A stretch of DNA of 61,472 bases, filler included, from Choristocarpus tenellus KU-1152 (GCA_964200185.2; 9 parts of 9 records of this genome joined end to end with filler, not necessarily neighbours in it), one strand, 5' to 3'. Shown: positions 39,601 to 51,560, counted from the whole stretch's first letter. Program-made: numbers and translations. The notes: generated by a model from the letters alone, not told the origin.

Positions 39601-40512
39601 CCGCAAGTTCCTCTGACACCACAGAGAGGCCATGTCATAACCTCACACACAAGACACAAATCATGCACTTACATGGGGATATATCTCACATAGATATATG
39701 TCACATATATCATCACCATATGCCACATGTCACTCTATCCACCTCATCCACAATGAGTGATTGGTGCAACAAAAGGGTCATAGCCATCACCTTCACATCT
39801 CACACAGGAAAGTATATTATAATAATTTTAAATCTTGTAGACACCACCAACATTATATTTAAAATATAAATATACTACTACAAAAAGTACTAAGTATTAT
39901 TACTATTACTAAATCACCACCAATAAGGTACAATTACCTCAATATGACCAAAACACTCTGGCCATCATATCATATACCCCTTGATGTTCTCTTACTGCAC
40001 ATGCATCTATCAATGGAAGGATAGTCATAGCTCCACACAAATAACCCACAACCAATACTCCTATCTATACAAGTATCAATACATACATACACTGACTGTA
40101 CATATATCTATCAATAAGAGTGCTCCTCTCTCTCCCCCCCCCCCCCCCCCCCCCCCCAACCACACAACAAAACAACCAATTTTACATGTTTTTTTTTTTT
40201 ATTTATATTTTTATAATTATTTATATTANNNNNNNNNNATATAAATATTAATAAAAGTTCTCCTCTCTCCCCCCCCCCCCCCTCCCCCCAAAACAACTCA
40301 GAACAGACACTGTAATTATTATTTTATTTCTTAACTATGATCATTATAGTATTAATACATACTATACTATGTAAGTTCCGCAAACAAACTCTTAACACTG
40401 ATATGTCCAGATCACTCAAAGAGGTATCAGACCAAACCTGCACTGATATGGACTCTGTTGAGAATGCCCCCTTGTCTCCTCCTGTCAGCTCATCCTGCAG
40501 ACCTGCAATCAC
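36643..40512 (-). CDS. Dynamin-family GTPase, Mx-like, internal exons of the GTPase domain
   Basis: Exons 40512-40438, 39199-39084, 38817-38727 and 36805-36643 join in phase. They give ...[23 protein letters not shown] (G3)...[49 protein letters not shown] (G4)...[16 protein letters not shown]. Confidence 0.92.
39201..39445. repeat. ~14-bp-unit minisatellite abutting a splice acceptor of the Mx-like gene
   Basis: Alternating variants of tatcacacagtagt and taccacagagtggt, roughly 17 units. Confidence 0.88.
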
Positions 40513-40515
40513 CTG

Positions 40516-40553
<38 letters not shown>

Positions 40554-40632
40554 ACCCCACCCCACCCCCCCACACAACCACACCAAAAAAAAAAAAGAAC
40601 ACCAAAAAAAACAAAACAAAAAAAAAAAACAA

Positions 40633-40732
40633 NNNNNNNNNNNNNNNNNNNNNNNNNNNNNNNNNNNNNNNNNNNNTTAATTAATTAANNNNNNNNNNNN
40701 NNNNNNNNNNNNNNNNNNNNNNNNNNNNNNNN
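40633..40732. other. Artificial contig linker
   Basis: N44-TTAATTAATTAA-N44. Confidence 0.97.
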
Positions 40733-41723
40733 TTGGATGGATAATGTAAATGAACTTTCCCTGATTTTGGCCCAAATGGACACCCTGGCGTAGACCCTCC
40801 CCCCCCCCCAGATACTTTGGGATTCATGCGATATATACGAGGGGGCTTTTTCAGGTGTGATGAGTTTGATGTCTGGGCACCTCTTGGCAGGTGCAAGTTG
40901 TGACCACATTGACAACTCAGAGTCTTCTTCTGTCGAGTTGAGGGCACCTTCTTGACTCAGGGAAGTCCCCACTGCGTGTACCGCGCATCTCTGTCAAACG
41001 ACGTCAATAACAAGATGTTTTAAGAAGGTATGAAGAATGAACAGTACCGAGAGTTTCTATGTAGAAGCTGTGCAACAGGACAAGGTGAGACCCGTTGAGA
41101 TGCCAAATATGGTTGCTGCAGGAAGACTAGTGACCAAACCGTGCGGCTCACGATGCTTATTGCCAGCGTAGGCCTCTGTAAAAGCAGTACCAGTTGCATA
41201 CGATACTACAATAGAGTAAAGGTGACCCGTGGCATCTTAGAGGGAGGGTCAGGCGTCCATTCAGAGCCTCTACGACCCTGAAGTTATTTTCATGCCATAT
41301 GAGTGAACGTGTCAGATGTAAAGCCAATTTACTTCATCTAAACGCACCTTCCATCTCTATACCCCTGTCCGGGCCAAGTTTGAAGGAAAATCACCTGTGC
41401 AGCAGGCGTCAAACTAGGGCACTTTACAACAACTCATGAAGCCCCAAAATGGACAAACTGGGCAAACTCCACACCCCCTCTAGGATACTATGCCCCAAGT
41501 TGATGGCAGAGTAATTGTGTAATTTATAATTCCGTATTCATATACTACGTTGTATACACTTACTGTACAACGAGTTTCTTCCATCAACAGCCTGGCCAGG
41601 GTGTGGGAGGAAGACTTCTCTCGTGTCAATCAACAACAAAACCAATAGTGTGTACCCTACATCATAAGACATGTGTACAAGAGCATAGGATAGAGTTGAC
41701 TCGCTGTTGGCTTGCTTGCCCAC

Positions 41724-44700
41724 CTGTACCAAGCTTCTCCCCTTTGTGTATTTTTTCCAAATCATCATACCCACCCCAACCACAATCCCAGCAATGTTCG
41801 GCAGAAGGAGAATCCAGTCCAGTGCAATAGTGTTGGCATCATGATTCACTGTTATGATCAACGCCCCAACAAGCACAAGGAGGATCTGTTGCAGGAGGAA
41901 AAACAGGATCTTTCTGTTAATGCCTTAACAGGCCGGACAGAAGGGCTGCTCTGAACCGATAGTCCAATAGACAGTTCAGCACCAGAAAATAGACCTTGAA
42001 TCAATCCAATCCAGATCCAAGGCCCAACTCAATCCACTCCAATAGATCCTTTGGAGTTGTTTTTTCAAAGCATATCCGAATCTAATGGCACATCAAAATG
42101 TACACCATGATACCAAAAATGATTTAATCTTCAAACATGAATATAGAGATGAACACCTCCATTATATTATCCCAAGGAAAACTCATCCCATATGTTCTTC
42201 ATTCCGACCATGGGCCTGGTTTCTTGTGGTCATAGATGATGAGTAAACCAAGTCAGTTTACACCAGTTTGAGGCTTACCAGGAACTGGGTGACTCTGTAA
42301 AAATTGCTGTCCATCTCGTCAATGAAGGGGTGGAAGACCTCATGAGCACCTATCGTTAGCTGGGTATAACACGGAACACTTTACCAAATCAAGGAATTGC
42401 CAGGACAAACATGAATCTCAAGTCCCAAAGGTGAGTGTATTTGATTGCATGGGTAGTGTATGTGTGTGTGTGTATGTGACCGTGCGCGCGTTGTGTGTTT
42501 CAAACACTATCATGCAAACAGAGTGAAATGTTTTCTGGATCATTCGTAGTGTGAGTGATGTCGTAAAAGCTGAGCACTCCCACCAGTGTGATAACCAGAG
42601 CAATAATTATCGGCATAGCTGTTCCTGGTGCTATTCCCACCAGAACACCAGCAAGGATGATGCGCCGCCCAGTCTCCAAGAGCTCAAACCACCACACCTT
42701 AGGTCTGTCTGGCACATCAACAGGAACAGAACCAAGGCGTTAAATGCAATTAGGTGTTGGATGTTGAGAAGGAGAGTGTCAAGTCATCAAATTTGACAAG
42801 CTCCCAATCATGGCCAGCCAAACGGTGGCACAACTCCTTCAAAAAAGTAGATTTGAAGTGGTTGAATGCTTCATAATGGTTGAGTGGCGCCAAGTACCCA
42901 CTGTTGGCAAAGTCCCAGTCACTCACTAGTCCAACTGAATGAATTTTGCTACTATCTCCTAGGCGCAGTAGATGCGGTCCATGACAAACTTATACCCCCT
43001 TGAGTTCGACCATTTGTGCACAAACTGTACGGGCTCTGGAATAATATACACCTCATGTTCCCCTTGCTGAATTTCAAGCCGGCTCTATTTCAGTGATAGT
43101 CTCCATAACCTCCCCTCAAACTTGTAGCGCACACATGTAAACAGGGTACTACATACATACAATCCAAATTGTCACAATGATCACACCACGAAACGGGTTC
43201 AATGCAAAGACACAACGAGGTTTGAAGGCGCCGAAGAAAATACCCCTTTGGCAATGAAGTGGGATTTACAAACTGATTCGTTTCCTCTGACCAAGTCAAA
43301 ATGGCAGCCCCTGCAGATCTGTGATAAATTGTCAGAGTCAAAGTATCTTGGAGGGTAGAGCCGTGTCCATTTGAGGTCCAAAATCCAACGTTGCAATTTG
43401 ATGTAATTTTGGCTATTGTGTTTATTAGGAGATCTAAATATCCTAGTTCCAGACACACCTTTTCATAAAGTACACATTTTATCTACTCTAAAACATTTGG
43501 GAGTAGGTAAAATGTTATTTAAAACCCGTGGGAAGTCAAGCCCCAAGTGGATAAACAGGGGAAACTCGTACCCTCTAAGATACTTTCACTCTCAAGACTA
43601 CAAAGGTGGGACAAGAGACCGTCCTGTGGTTCATGGAAGGAGAGTGCTAGAGCAGGCACCACACTCCCTTCAGATATCACCCCCCCAAACCCATACACGT
43701 AGCTGCTTACATGTATTCACAAAAACGAGATCATCACTCTCTCCCCAAAAACGTTGGGTGCCAAAATGGATGTTGAGTTAAATAATTGTCTATTTGCTGC
43801 TCATGTCTTTTCCACTGGACAAAGTGTTACGTTCTTTCAATCTTCACTCTCTCTAATACAACCCAGCATTAGATCACTGCAACACCATACTGTTACTTCT
43901 TGAGGTACTTTCCGACTACATTGAACATTTTTCCCCTCTTTGTGAGCCATTGGCAGCGTCCCGATTGGTCGCGATCTCCTGCCAGCCCTCTTAGGTACAC
44001 CGAAACCACGAGAAAAACTAGTCAGTAGGATAGATTGTACGCCTTCCAGCAAACTATTTTTCGTCTCCACCTGACGTTGCAACTTAATTGAGCCCTCAGC
44101 AGTGTTCTCACATGATGAATACAACGGTGAAATCATCCACAGTTGAGGGTAGTTGGCATCCCTTGTCTCCACAGCCACGCCGATATCCTTACTCGGGTCT
44201 GCCCGGATGTGATGAGGGCATATTGCTTGTCGTTTCTTCAGCAAGAGAGCAGTGTACAGAACCGGAATCCCTATTGGGTACACAAAAAGCATAAACATCG
44301 CCAACCTGCGGTATCTACCATGTTCTGCAGAACCACAGTCAATGGAGTAATCTGCCCGGAGCATGGTATTCCCATCACCAAAATCCTGCCAGAAATTTAG
44401 GGTCAGCGTTATTGAGATAATGTAACAAGGTAGAGGAGCTTTAGAACGTAAGCGAGCTCACACCATCAACACTACAATCCAGTCCAGTTTGTGAGGGCCC
44501 AGGAATTGTATAGTCCTCTATTGAGTGCAGACAACTAAAAAGAGTCTAATATATTGTTTGAACATTAGTATGTTGAGTGAGAGTATCTGAGAGGGTGCGA
44601 TTTTCCCCTGTTTGTCCATTTGGGGCTTGGCTTCCCATGGTCTCTTCTTATGATGTTTTCCTACTTGAAAATGTTTCGGAGTAGGTAAAATGTATACGTT

Positions 44701-45108
44701 ATGAAAAGGTTTGTCTGGAACGAGGATATTGTCACTTCCTAGCAAACATGATAGCCGGAGTTACATCAAAATCGCAACATTGGATGTTGAACTCCAAATG
44801 GACGCAGCTCTACCCTCTAAGATACTTTGGCTCTGTTGTGCACAGCTCACCTCGCATTGCAAAGCTCGGAAAATGGCAGTGCATGCCGGGCCCAGGACCA
44901 GATATGTCAGTGCAACGGAGGTTGATAAACACCTTTTGCCAAGGACTTCAGTGAAGTCCGCGGATAGTGCCTTGGAGTAGACTGGGACTCGCAGGAGAGC
45001 TGCAAAGTATGGACTCCAGACTATTACCAGGATTGCAAGGGGGGTTATTGTCTTGAAGGCGAACTCACTATGAAAGTTCCCCTCAATCCAACATCCCGTA
45101 TTCATCAC
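41724..45108 (-). CDS. Multi-pass membrane protein: C-terminal TM region of the type found on large stramenopile surface/receptor-like proteins; partial
   Basis: Exons 45108-44851, 44385-44112, 42708-42584, 42359-42279 and 41885-41724 join in phase. Motifs include IFRALQCE...LRADYSIDC...MLFVYPIGIPVLY...PLYSSYRPKVWWFELLETGRRIILAG...HPFIDEMDSNFY, with several hydrophobic helices. Confidence 0.82.
43335..43591 (+). mobile_element. MITE family 1, copy 2 (intronic)
   Basis: gagtcaaagtatcttggagggtagag ... ctcgtaccctctaagatactttcactc. The flanks are gtca and tcaa, sharing TCA. Confidence 0.88.
44575..44833 (-). mobile_element. MITE family 1, copy 3 (intronic; TGTT target-site duplication)
   Basis: Reverse-orientation homologue of copies 1 and 2, with TGTT on both sides. 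It lies 17 bp from a splice donor. Confidence 0.88.
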
Positions 45109-45410
45109 CTTGAGAACGGGAGATGTATGAGCACAACAGACACGTTTGAAAAAAATAGCATTGGAGTATCGTAGGTGTGTCATTGATACGCAGTTGAAGT
45201 TCATTTCAAATTCTGCCCTAATACCATAGAAGTCTAGTGTGGAAGGTGCTCAAGTGCACCACCGGGGGGAATTTCTGCGTAAGTTATATATATTGGGAGG
45301 CCTCATGATCAGATTATAAATAACAAATACTCTTGTATATGAAGTCCATTTGTGCAAGTGATATAGGCCAAAGAATCTGTGTGGGGGGGGGGGCACGGCT
45401 GTCCATTTGG

Positions 45411-45510
45411 NNNNNNNNNNNNNNNNNNNNNNNNNNNNNNNNNNNNNNNNNNNNTTAATTAATTAANNNNNNNNNNNNNNNNNNNNNNNNNNNNNNNNNN
45501 NNNNNNNNNN
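45411..45510. other. Artificial contig linker
   Basis: N44-TTAATTAATTAA-N44. Confidence 0.97.
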
Positions 45511-45512
45511 AG

Positions 45513-45872
45513 AGTTTTTGCTTTATGTGATATGAATGAATTTCTTAGCGGATTGAGCACCATCCCTCGAGGTTGGGGGTGCTCTGCCACGTTATCTATT
45601 GCGCACGTCAAGCAGACACGTCAGAAAGTGTGTGTCAGTCGCACTACGTCACTCTTTATTCGTCCCTAGTACTACATCACTTGTTCTGCGTCACTTGTAC
45701 TATTTAACTCGTTCTGCTTCAGTCGCTCTGCATCAGTCGTCAGTCGTCCTGCGTCAGCCACTTACATTAAGCAGCAATAATAAATCAAACCATCGAGATT
45801 GGAACTGATTACCCTAGCGTACGGAAACAAGTGGTCGACAATTGATCCACTCGGTCAAGATTTCTGTTACAT
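45513..45872 (-). repeat. Partial Copia LTR in inverted orientation
   Basis: Diverged reverse complement of 46108-46424 (e.g. gagcaccatccctcgaggt versus acctcgagggatggtgctc). Confidence 0.85.
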
Positions 45873-46054
45873 AATACTCAGAGAATATGCGGACCAGATT
45901 TTGTTCCACATACAAACGTTTCAAAATCAAAACAGCTGGTCGACATTTTGACCAAGTCTTTGCGTAAGAGGCTTCTTTCTGATTTTGTACATTCCGTGCT
46001 TTCGCATCGGGGGTGAGATTTTTTTAGCAACTTTGCGGCACGCTAATGGGGGAG

Positions 46055-46452
46055 TGTGCACTATAGGCTGGTAGTCTATAGGCTCTTATTTGTTTGGTAA
46101 CCAGTTCTATGTAACCGAAATATTGACAGAGTGGATCAATTGTCAATGATTTGTTTCCGTACGTTTATAGTAAAAGGGTCGAATCTCAACGGGTTAATGT
46201 ATTATTGCTGCTTAATGTAAATGTCTGACACAGGACGACTGACGCGGCTACGACTGACTTAATAACCGTGACGCAGAACGAGTGACGTAGTGCCACTGTC
46301 ACAGACACATTCAGAAGTGTCTGCTGACGTGCGCAATAGATAACGAGGCAGAGCACCGCCGACCTCGAGGGATGGTGCTCACTCCGCTAATAAATTTATT
46401 CATACCACATAAAGCAAAAATCACTATGTTCGAACAACTCTTTTTTTGCACA
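46055..46452 (+). repeat. Complete Copia LTR (398 bp, TG...CA)
   Basis: Preceded by the purine tract gggggag and followed by GGTTATGAGCC (copia-type primer-binding site). Its first ~50 bp recur at 49127. Confidence 0.85.
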
Positions 46453-49180
46453 GGTTATGAGCCTCATTGGTATGGAAGCGGACCCACGTAAGCTACCACT
46501 ATGGAGTGGCACGCGTGGGCATACAAGGGAGAAGTGGGCTGAATGGCGGATGGCGCTGGTGAGCTATGCGGGCAGCAAGGGACTGTACCTCATCCTCCAG
46601 CCAGCATACCACATCGATGCACCTCCTACGGCGGATACATTGTTTGGGGAAGGCAGCGTTTACGACTAGTACATCAAGCATCGCGAGGCCTTGTGGTTGC
46701 TGCTGGGCCCTGGCCACAAGGGGGGCTGCAGTGATGATGGTCAACACACACGAAACTAACGGCAACCTTGACAGAAGGGCAGCCTGGCTCGTGTTGGAGG
46801 AGATCTATGGGGGCCGCGCTGCGGTCCAGCGGCCTACTTACTGTACCTGGGTGACGAGACACCATGCGAGCGCCTGATCAGCAAGCCATTCAACTACGTG
46901 TGTTCGGGACAGAGTGCTTCATGCATCAGACCAAGCAACAGCGCGGCGCCAACGCCAAGTTCCACCCGTACGCCAAGAGTAGGATCCTTCTCGGGCACGA
47001 CAGGGCGTCACTGTGCTGGCACGTGTGGATCCCGCAGGAAGGTAAGCTGGTGACCTCCGCACAAGTGAAGTTCCAACCTTAACCCAAACCGCTGGAACTG
47101 TTGGGGGAGCCAGAGCTCGACATACTGGGGGAATTGAAGCACGACGATGCCATGAAAATCGATGGCGAAGACGAAGAGGAGACTTCCACAACAGGGAGCG
47201 AGGCATACAAGAATGGGAATGCGGGTGGAAACATTGGGCGTGGGGCTCAAAATGCGAAGCGCTCAGCGCCCTACCAAAGTCAAGAGATTTCTCATAGGAT
47301 GGGACAACGCCAGCGCATGGATAGGGCAGCACAGATAGCGGCCAAGGGCCTGGCCCCACACTCTGGACAGCGGGCATCTTCCCGGATGGAGCAGCGCCAG
47401 CTAGTGGACTACACATCCCAGCTGTACGAACTGCAAGGGAGTGAGGAAACGGACATGAACCACTTCGTGTCAACCCTCATGCAGCAGAACAACGACGACG
47501 TGTACTGCCTTATGGGTCTCATGGGGGAGGCGGTAACAGGTGCAGACGAGCCGTCTACAACAAAGGAGGCCTTAAGAGGGTCAGATGTAGAGCATTGGCA
47601 GGAGGCCATGGAAAAAGAAATGGCAGGGCTATGGCAGAAGGGGACATTTGGTGACAAGGCCCTGCCCCAAGGGAGGTAGGCGATCAAGACCAAAATCAAG
47701 CGCTCCGCAGACGGGACGGTGGAATGCTGTAAGGCGCGACTCGTGGCCGGAGGGTTCACACAAAACGCAGGTGTGGACTTCTTCGAAACCTTCAGCCCGG
47801 TGGTGGGGTACGACACACTACGGTGCATCATATCCGTCGCAGCGTACAGAGGTTGGCGCATCGATGCCCTGAACTTCACACAGGCCTACCTCAACGCAGA
47901 CCTGCAGGAGGACGTCTGGTTTGAGCTTCCTGACAACCGCACCGTCAAGGCAGAGAAGGCAATCTATGGGCTGAAGCAGTCAGCCATAGAATGAATGGTA
48001 TCACGAGCTACATGGCAACATCCTAGCAGAAGGATGGACGAGTAGCCAACACGATGAGTGCGTCTACTTCCGAAAGAGTGAAGACGGACGCATCGCCATC
48101 CTCATCACCTACGTGGAAGACACTGCCATCACTACGGAGTTCACGGAGGAGATCCAAAGGATGAGGGCGTCGCTGCTGGAGAAGTACAAGGGGCAGGACC
48201 TTGGCACTCCGGACAAGCTGATTGGGGTGGGCATCACTGTGGGTGCGGACCGCATCACCCTGGACCAACAGCTATATGCGGAAAGCATTGACATGGCCGG
48301 GATGGGCTCCAGGGAAGTGAAGGACACATCCACACCACTCAACCCCGGCATCGACCTCTCTTCCAGGCACGACAACGAGGAGGAACTGAATCCCACCATC
48401 TACCCCTATGCCAGCGTCCTCGGCTAACTCATGTTTCTACCAGGGATGACTCGCCCAGACCTGGCCAATAGCGTTCGTGAACTGGGGCGCAGGGCGGCGT
48501 CTCCATGCATGCGGCACTGGCGCGGACTGCAACACATTCTCCGCTACGTAGCAGGGACACTGGACGTCTGCATTGACTATGGCTGGGAGACTAAAGATAA
48601 GAACGAAGGGGACGGAGAGCTCTTGGTGGGGTATGGGGATTCCGACTGGGGTATCAACTCCCAAACACGCCGGTACTTCACAGGTTACCAACTGTTGTTC
48701 TACGGATCGCCGATCGCCTGGCGCTTCAAGCTTCAAGGCGCCGTCACCCTCTCCAGCTCGGAGGCAGAGTGGACGGCAATGTCATACGGCATGCGCCACT
48801 GCATTTTCCTTCGAGGAATTCTTGGGGAGATCGGCATACTACGGGACCAGACTCCCTGGTTCTGTGACAACCGTGGTGCTATCCAGGCGGGCAGCATCAG
48901 AGGTTTCAACGGGAGAACCAAGCATATGGACATGAAGCTCAAGTGCACCACAGAAATACGTGGACCAGGGTCTATTCCACGTAGAATACGTTCCAACATG
49001 AAAGCAACTGGCTGATATTTTGAGCAAGTCTTTGCGCAAAAGCCTTACTTCTGATTTTGTGCATTCCGTGCTTTCGCGTCGGGGGTGAGCTTTCTTCAGC
49101 AACTTTGCTGCACTCTCGTGGGGGAGTGTACAATATAGACTGGTAGTCTAACAGGTTCTTATGTGTTTGGTAACCAGTAT
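46055..49180 (+). mobile_element. Ty1/Copia LTR retrotransposon, internally deleted and degenerate
   Basis: Gag start at 46457. Post-integrase SH3-like segment LRVFGTECF...KFHP...LLGHD...VTSAQVKF. RT motifs WQEAMEKEM, KARLVAGGFTQ..GVDFFETFSPV, AYLNADL, KAIYGLKQS, TRPDLA. RNase H motifs GYGDSDW, VTLSSSEAEW, CDNRGAI, RTKHMD, QLADILSK. Polypurine tract and a truncated 3' LTR at 49127. Stops and frameshifts are present. Confidence 0.93.
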
Positions 49181-51099
49181 TTATACGAACCTACACGAGA
49201 AAGATCCATTCCAGGGTAGGGCCAACTGTAGGTAAAGTGCCTATGTTTCAATCCTATCCTCTATGCCCAATCTGATTAAAATATCTAACACCGAGTGCCT
49301 GATTGATCACAAGGGCTAAATAAAGGGTGCATTTATTATCTTCCTAGAGCCATGGGAGTTCACACCTTAGGTACACTGGCAGAAGGACAATTGAAGTATT
49401 CAAAATGTCGCATAAACGTAGCTTCACAGTGTGTGAAGAAACTATTCAGTCAAGACAATTAGTGATGATTGTTTGTCGGAATTGTGGAATAGGGCTAACA
49501 TCAAGTGTTCTAAACCAGGAAATATCTTTTTATTCAAATGGAGGGTAATTAGTGCACCTGTGAGTCCACAAAATTCTATTAGAAACAGCGAGCTCTCTCT
49601 GAAGGTCCTTCCCAAGGTGCCAAGAAGGACTCTCTCAGCAGCAAAGTAAGGTAAAGTGGGAAAGGATTGTCAAAATATTCTTGCAATGACTACCTTGGGG
49701 AATACATTCTACACTTCTGATGGGACAATGTGAGAGAGGAGGGGAGTATGTGTAGGAGTTTCTTGTGGAGAACAATTTGGTTTGGCCCTTTAGGAAGAGT
49801 GCGGACAAGTTCAACAAAGACTTAAAAGACTGAACCAGTTTGACTTTTCTCTGTGATCAACATTGCTGGTCTCATGCCAGCAGTTTTCAAGGCCATTGTG
49901 GAGCAACAGGTTAATGGGATCTTAAATCAAGAAGTACTTGGACTATAAACTGGTGGAAGATGCAACTGTAATATGGTCAACTTGTGATAATCTTCCTAAA
50001 CAACATACTTGGAGAAGGGACACAGACAGGATGAACCCTTGGTGAGATGTTTGACAAGGAGTCCAAGACAGGAGGTGTTGCCAAGTCCCATTGGACAGCG
50101 GAGCTAGATTCTGGCAATGTTCACTCACATACCACAACATCGCCCAGTATAGGTGGGGTTCATCATGGAGAGGAATATAGGAGGATACCAACATTATTCA
50201 TCCACCACACTAGCTTCCTTGTAGAGTTAGTTGGTGGTGGCTCCAGGCAGAAACAAGAGAAGTGTGGGGGCTTCAGCCTTTTTCTGGGCAAGAGGGAGGA
50301 GGATTTATTGTGAAGGACTGCTACAATGTCAATGATAGTGATACTGAGGAATCTCTATCCAACTCGTCATTACGCTTCCCCATCCCGATATTTGTACAGA
50401 TTCTTGTCCTAACCATGGTAGAGACATGTGGGGGGTATTCAGGACTGAAGAGGAGGTGCTGTATCGTACTTGAGGGACCTCACTTAGACTCCCAAGGTGT
50501 AGTAGGCCTGGCCAAGATGGTGTTAAGGTGGACTTGGAATGCCATATTCTTCTTATCATACCTCCCCTATGCATGTCGACATGAGTGGGTCACCTACTTT
50601 TTTCACGAAAAGTATCCTCGACACAATCAAGTACATGTCAAGTGCAGCTTTGGTAGGCATCCCATAACATACTCCTTCCGCTAATCAACTTTGCAAGTTT
50701 GGACCAGCTCCAGCATATCCACATTCCAGGATCATACTTCTGATGTCTCATGTAATCCAATCCTAAACAATAAAAAACAGTAACAATGCTGGGATCTAGG
50801 ATAACTAAATGTCAGCTCGCCTTGCACGCTAGACGGAGTATCACTATGGCAAGGAACTTTATATATGCCGCAAACCAGACAATATTACTACTCTATGTGG
50901 CAAATGGCGATCAAGAGAGAGTTCGAGAGATGAGAAGTCTCTGGAATTCAGAACTCCATATGCCTCACGGTCCAGTGGTGCCCCAGAACACCTTTCTAAG
51001 GATGGGAACTTGGGTCCCTCCTCTAAGACCAACATCTTTAATTTCGTTCAAGACCATGACAACAGTGCAACTTGTGATTTGGTACTTCAGGGGTTGGAT

Positions 51100-51560
51100 C
51101 AATATACACCCACTTCTCGAAACTGAAGGATAATAAGACTGCGCTTACAGAGGCTTTATCATTCTTGCAATGGTTGACCCGCCCGCTTCTCGGAGTGCCA
51201 TACCACCAGAATTCACTGAGACGCGCAATGTTCTTAAGGGTACTGGTGCTTAGGGATATCACAGTATGTCCCACACCAGCAATCAGGGGGAAACCGGAGG
51301 CATTATTACTCTCTTGAAGGAAGAACTCTCAGGAGCAGGAACTGGAGTAGGATGCATCACAGAATATGCCTCATAAATTTGTTTGAGAGGCTTCGATAAT
51401 AAGAGAGACCATCCATATCTCGACAGTCAATGTTTTGGAAGAGGTGCAAGACTATACGCAAGGGAAGTTGAACGTCCAGGAGGGATTAATTGTTCATGGA
51501 CACAGTAGTAGCATATATGCAAGATCAGGCCCAAGGAACTGCTTGAGTCTCTCCTCGTTT
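51100..51560 (-). mobile_element. Possible heavily decayed Copia RT/RNase H remnant
   Basis: Minus-strand fragments occur in the expected order across frameshifts: PDLAY, GLSYY, IFCDASY, VISLSTSTLKNIA. Confidence 0.35.

Noticed and set aside
10058-45466. Recurrent TTAATTAATTAA motif as a biological repeat or CRISPR-like array
   Set aside because: It is always embedded in 44+44 Ns and is an assembly spacer. No cas genes or repeat-spacer structure were seen.
49900-50700. Possible decayed LINE/RTE C-terminal region on the minus strand
   Set aside because: The resemblance is only vague and no diagnostic RT motif is readable.
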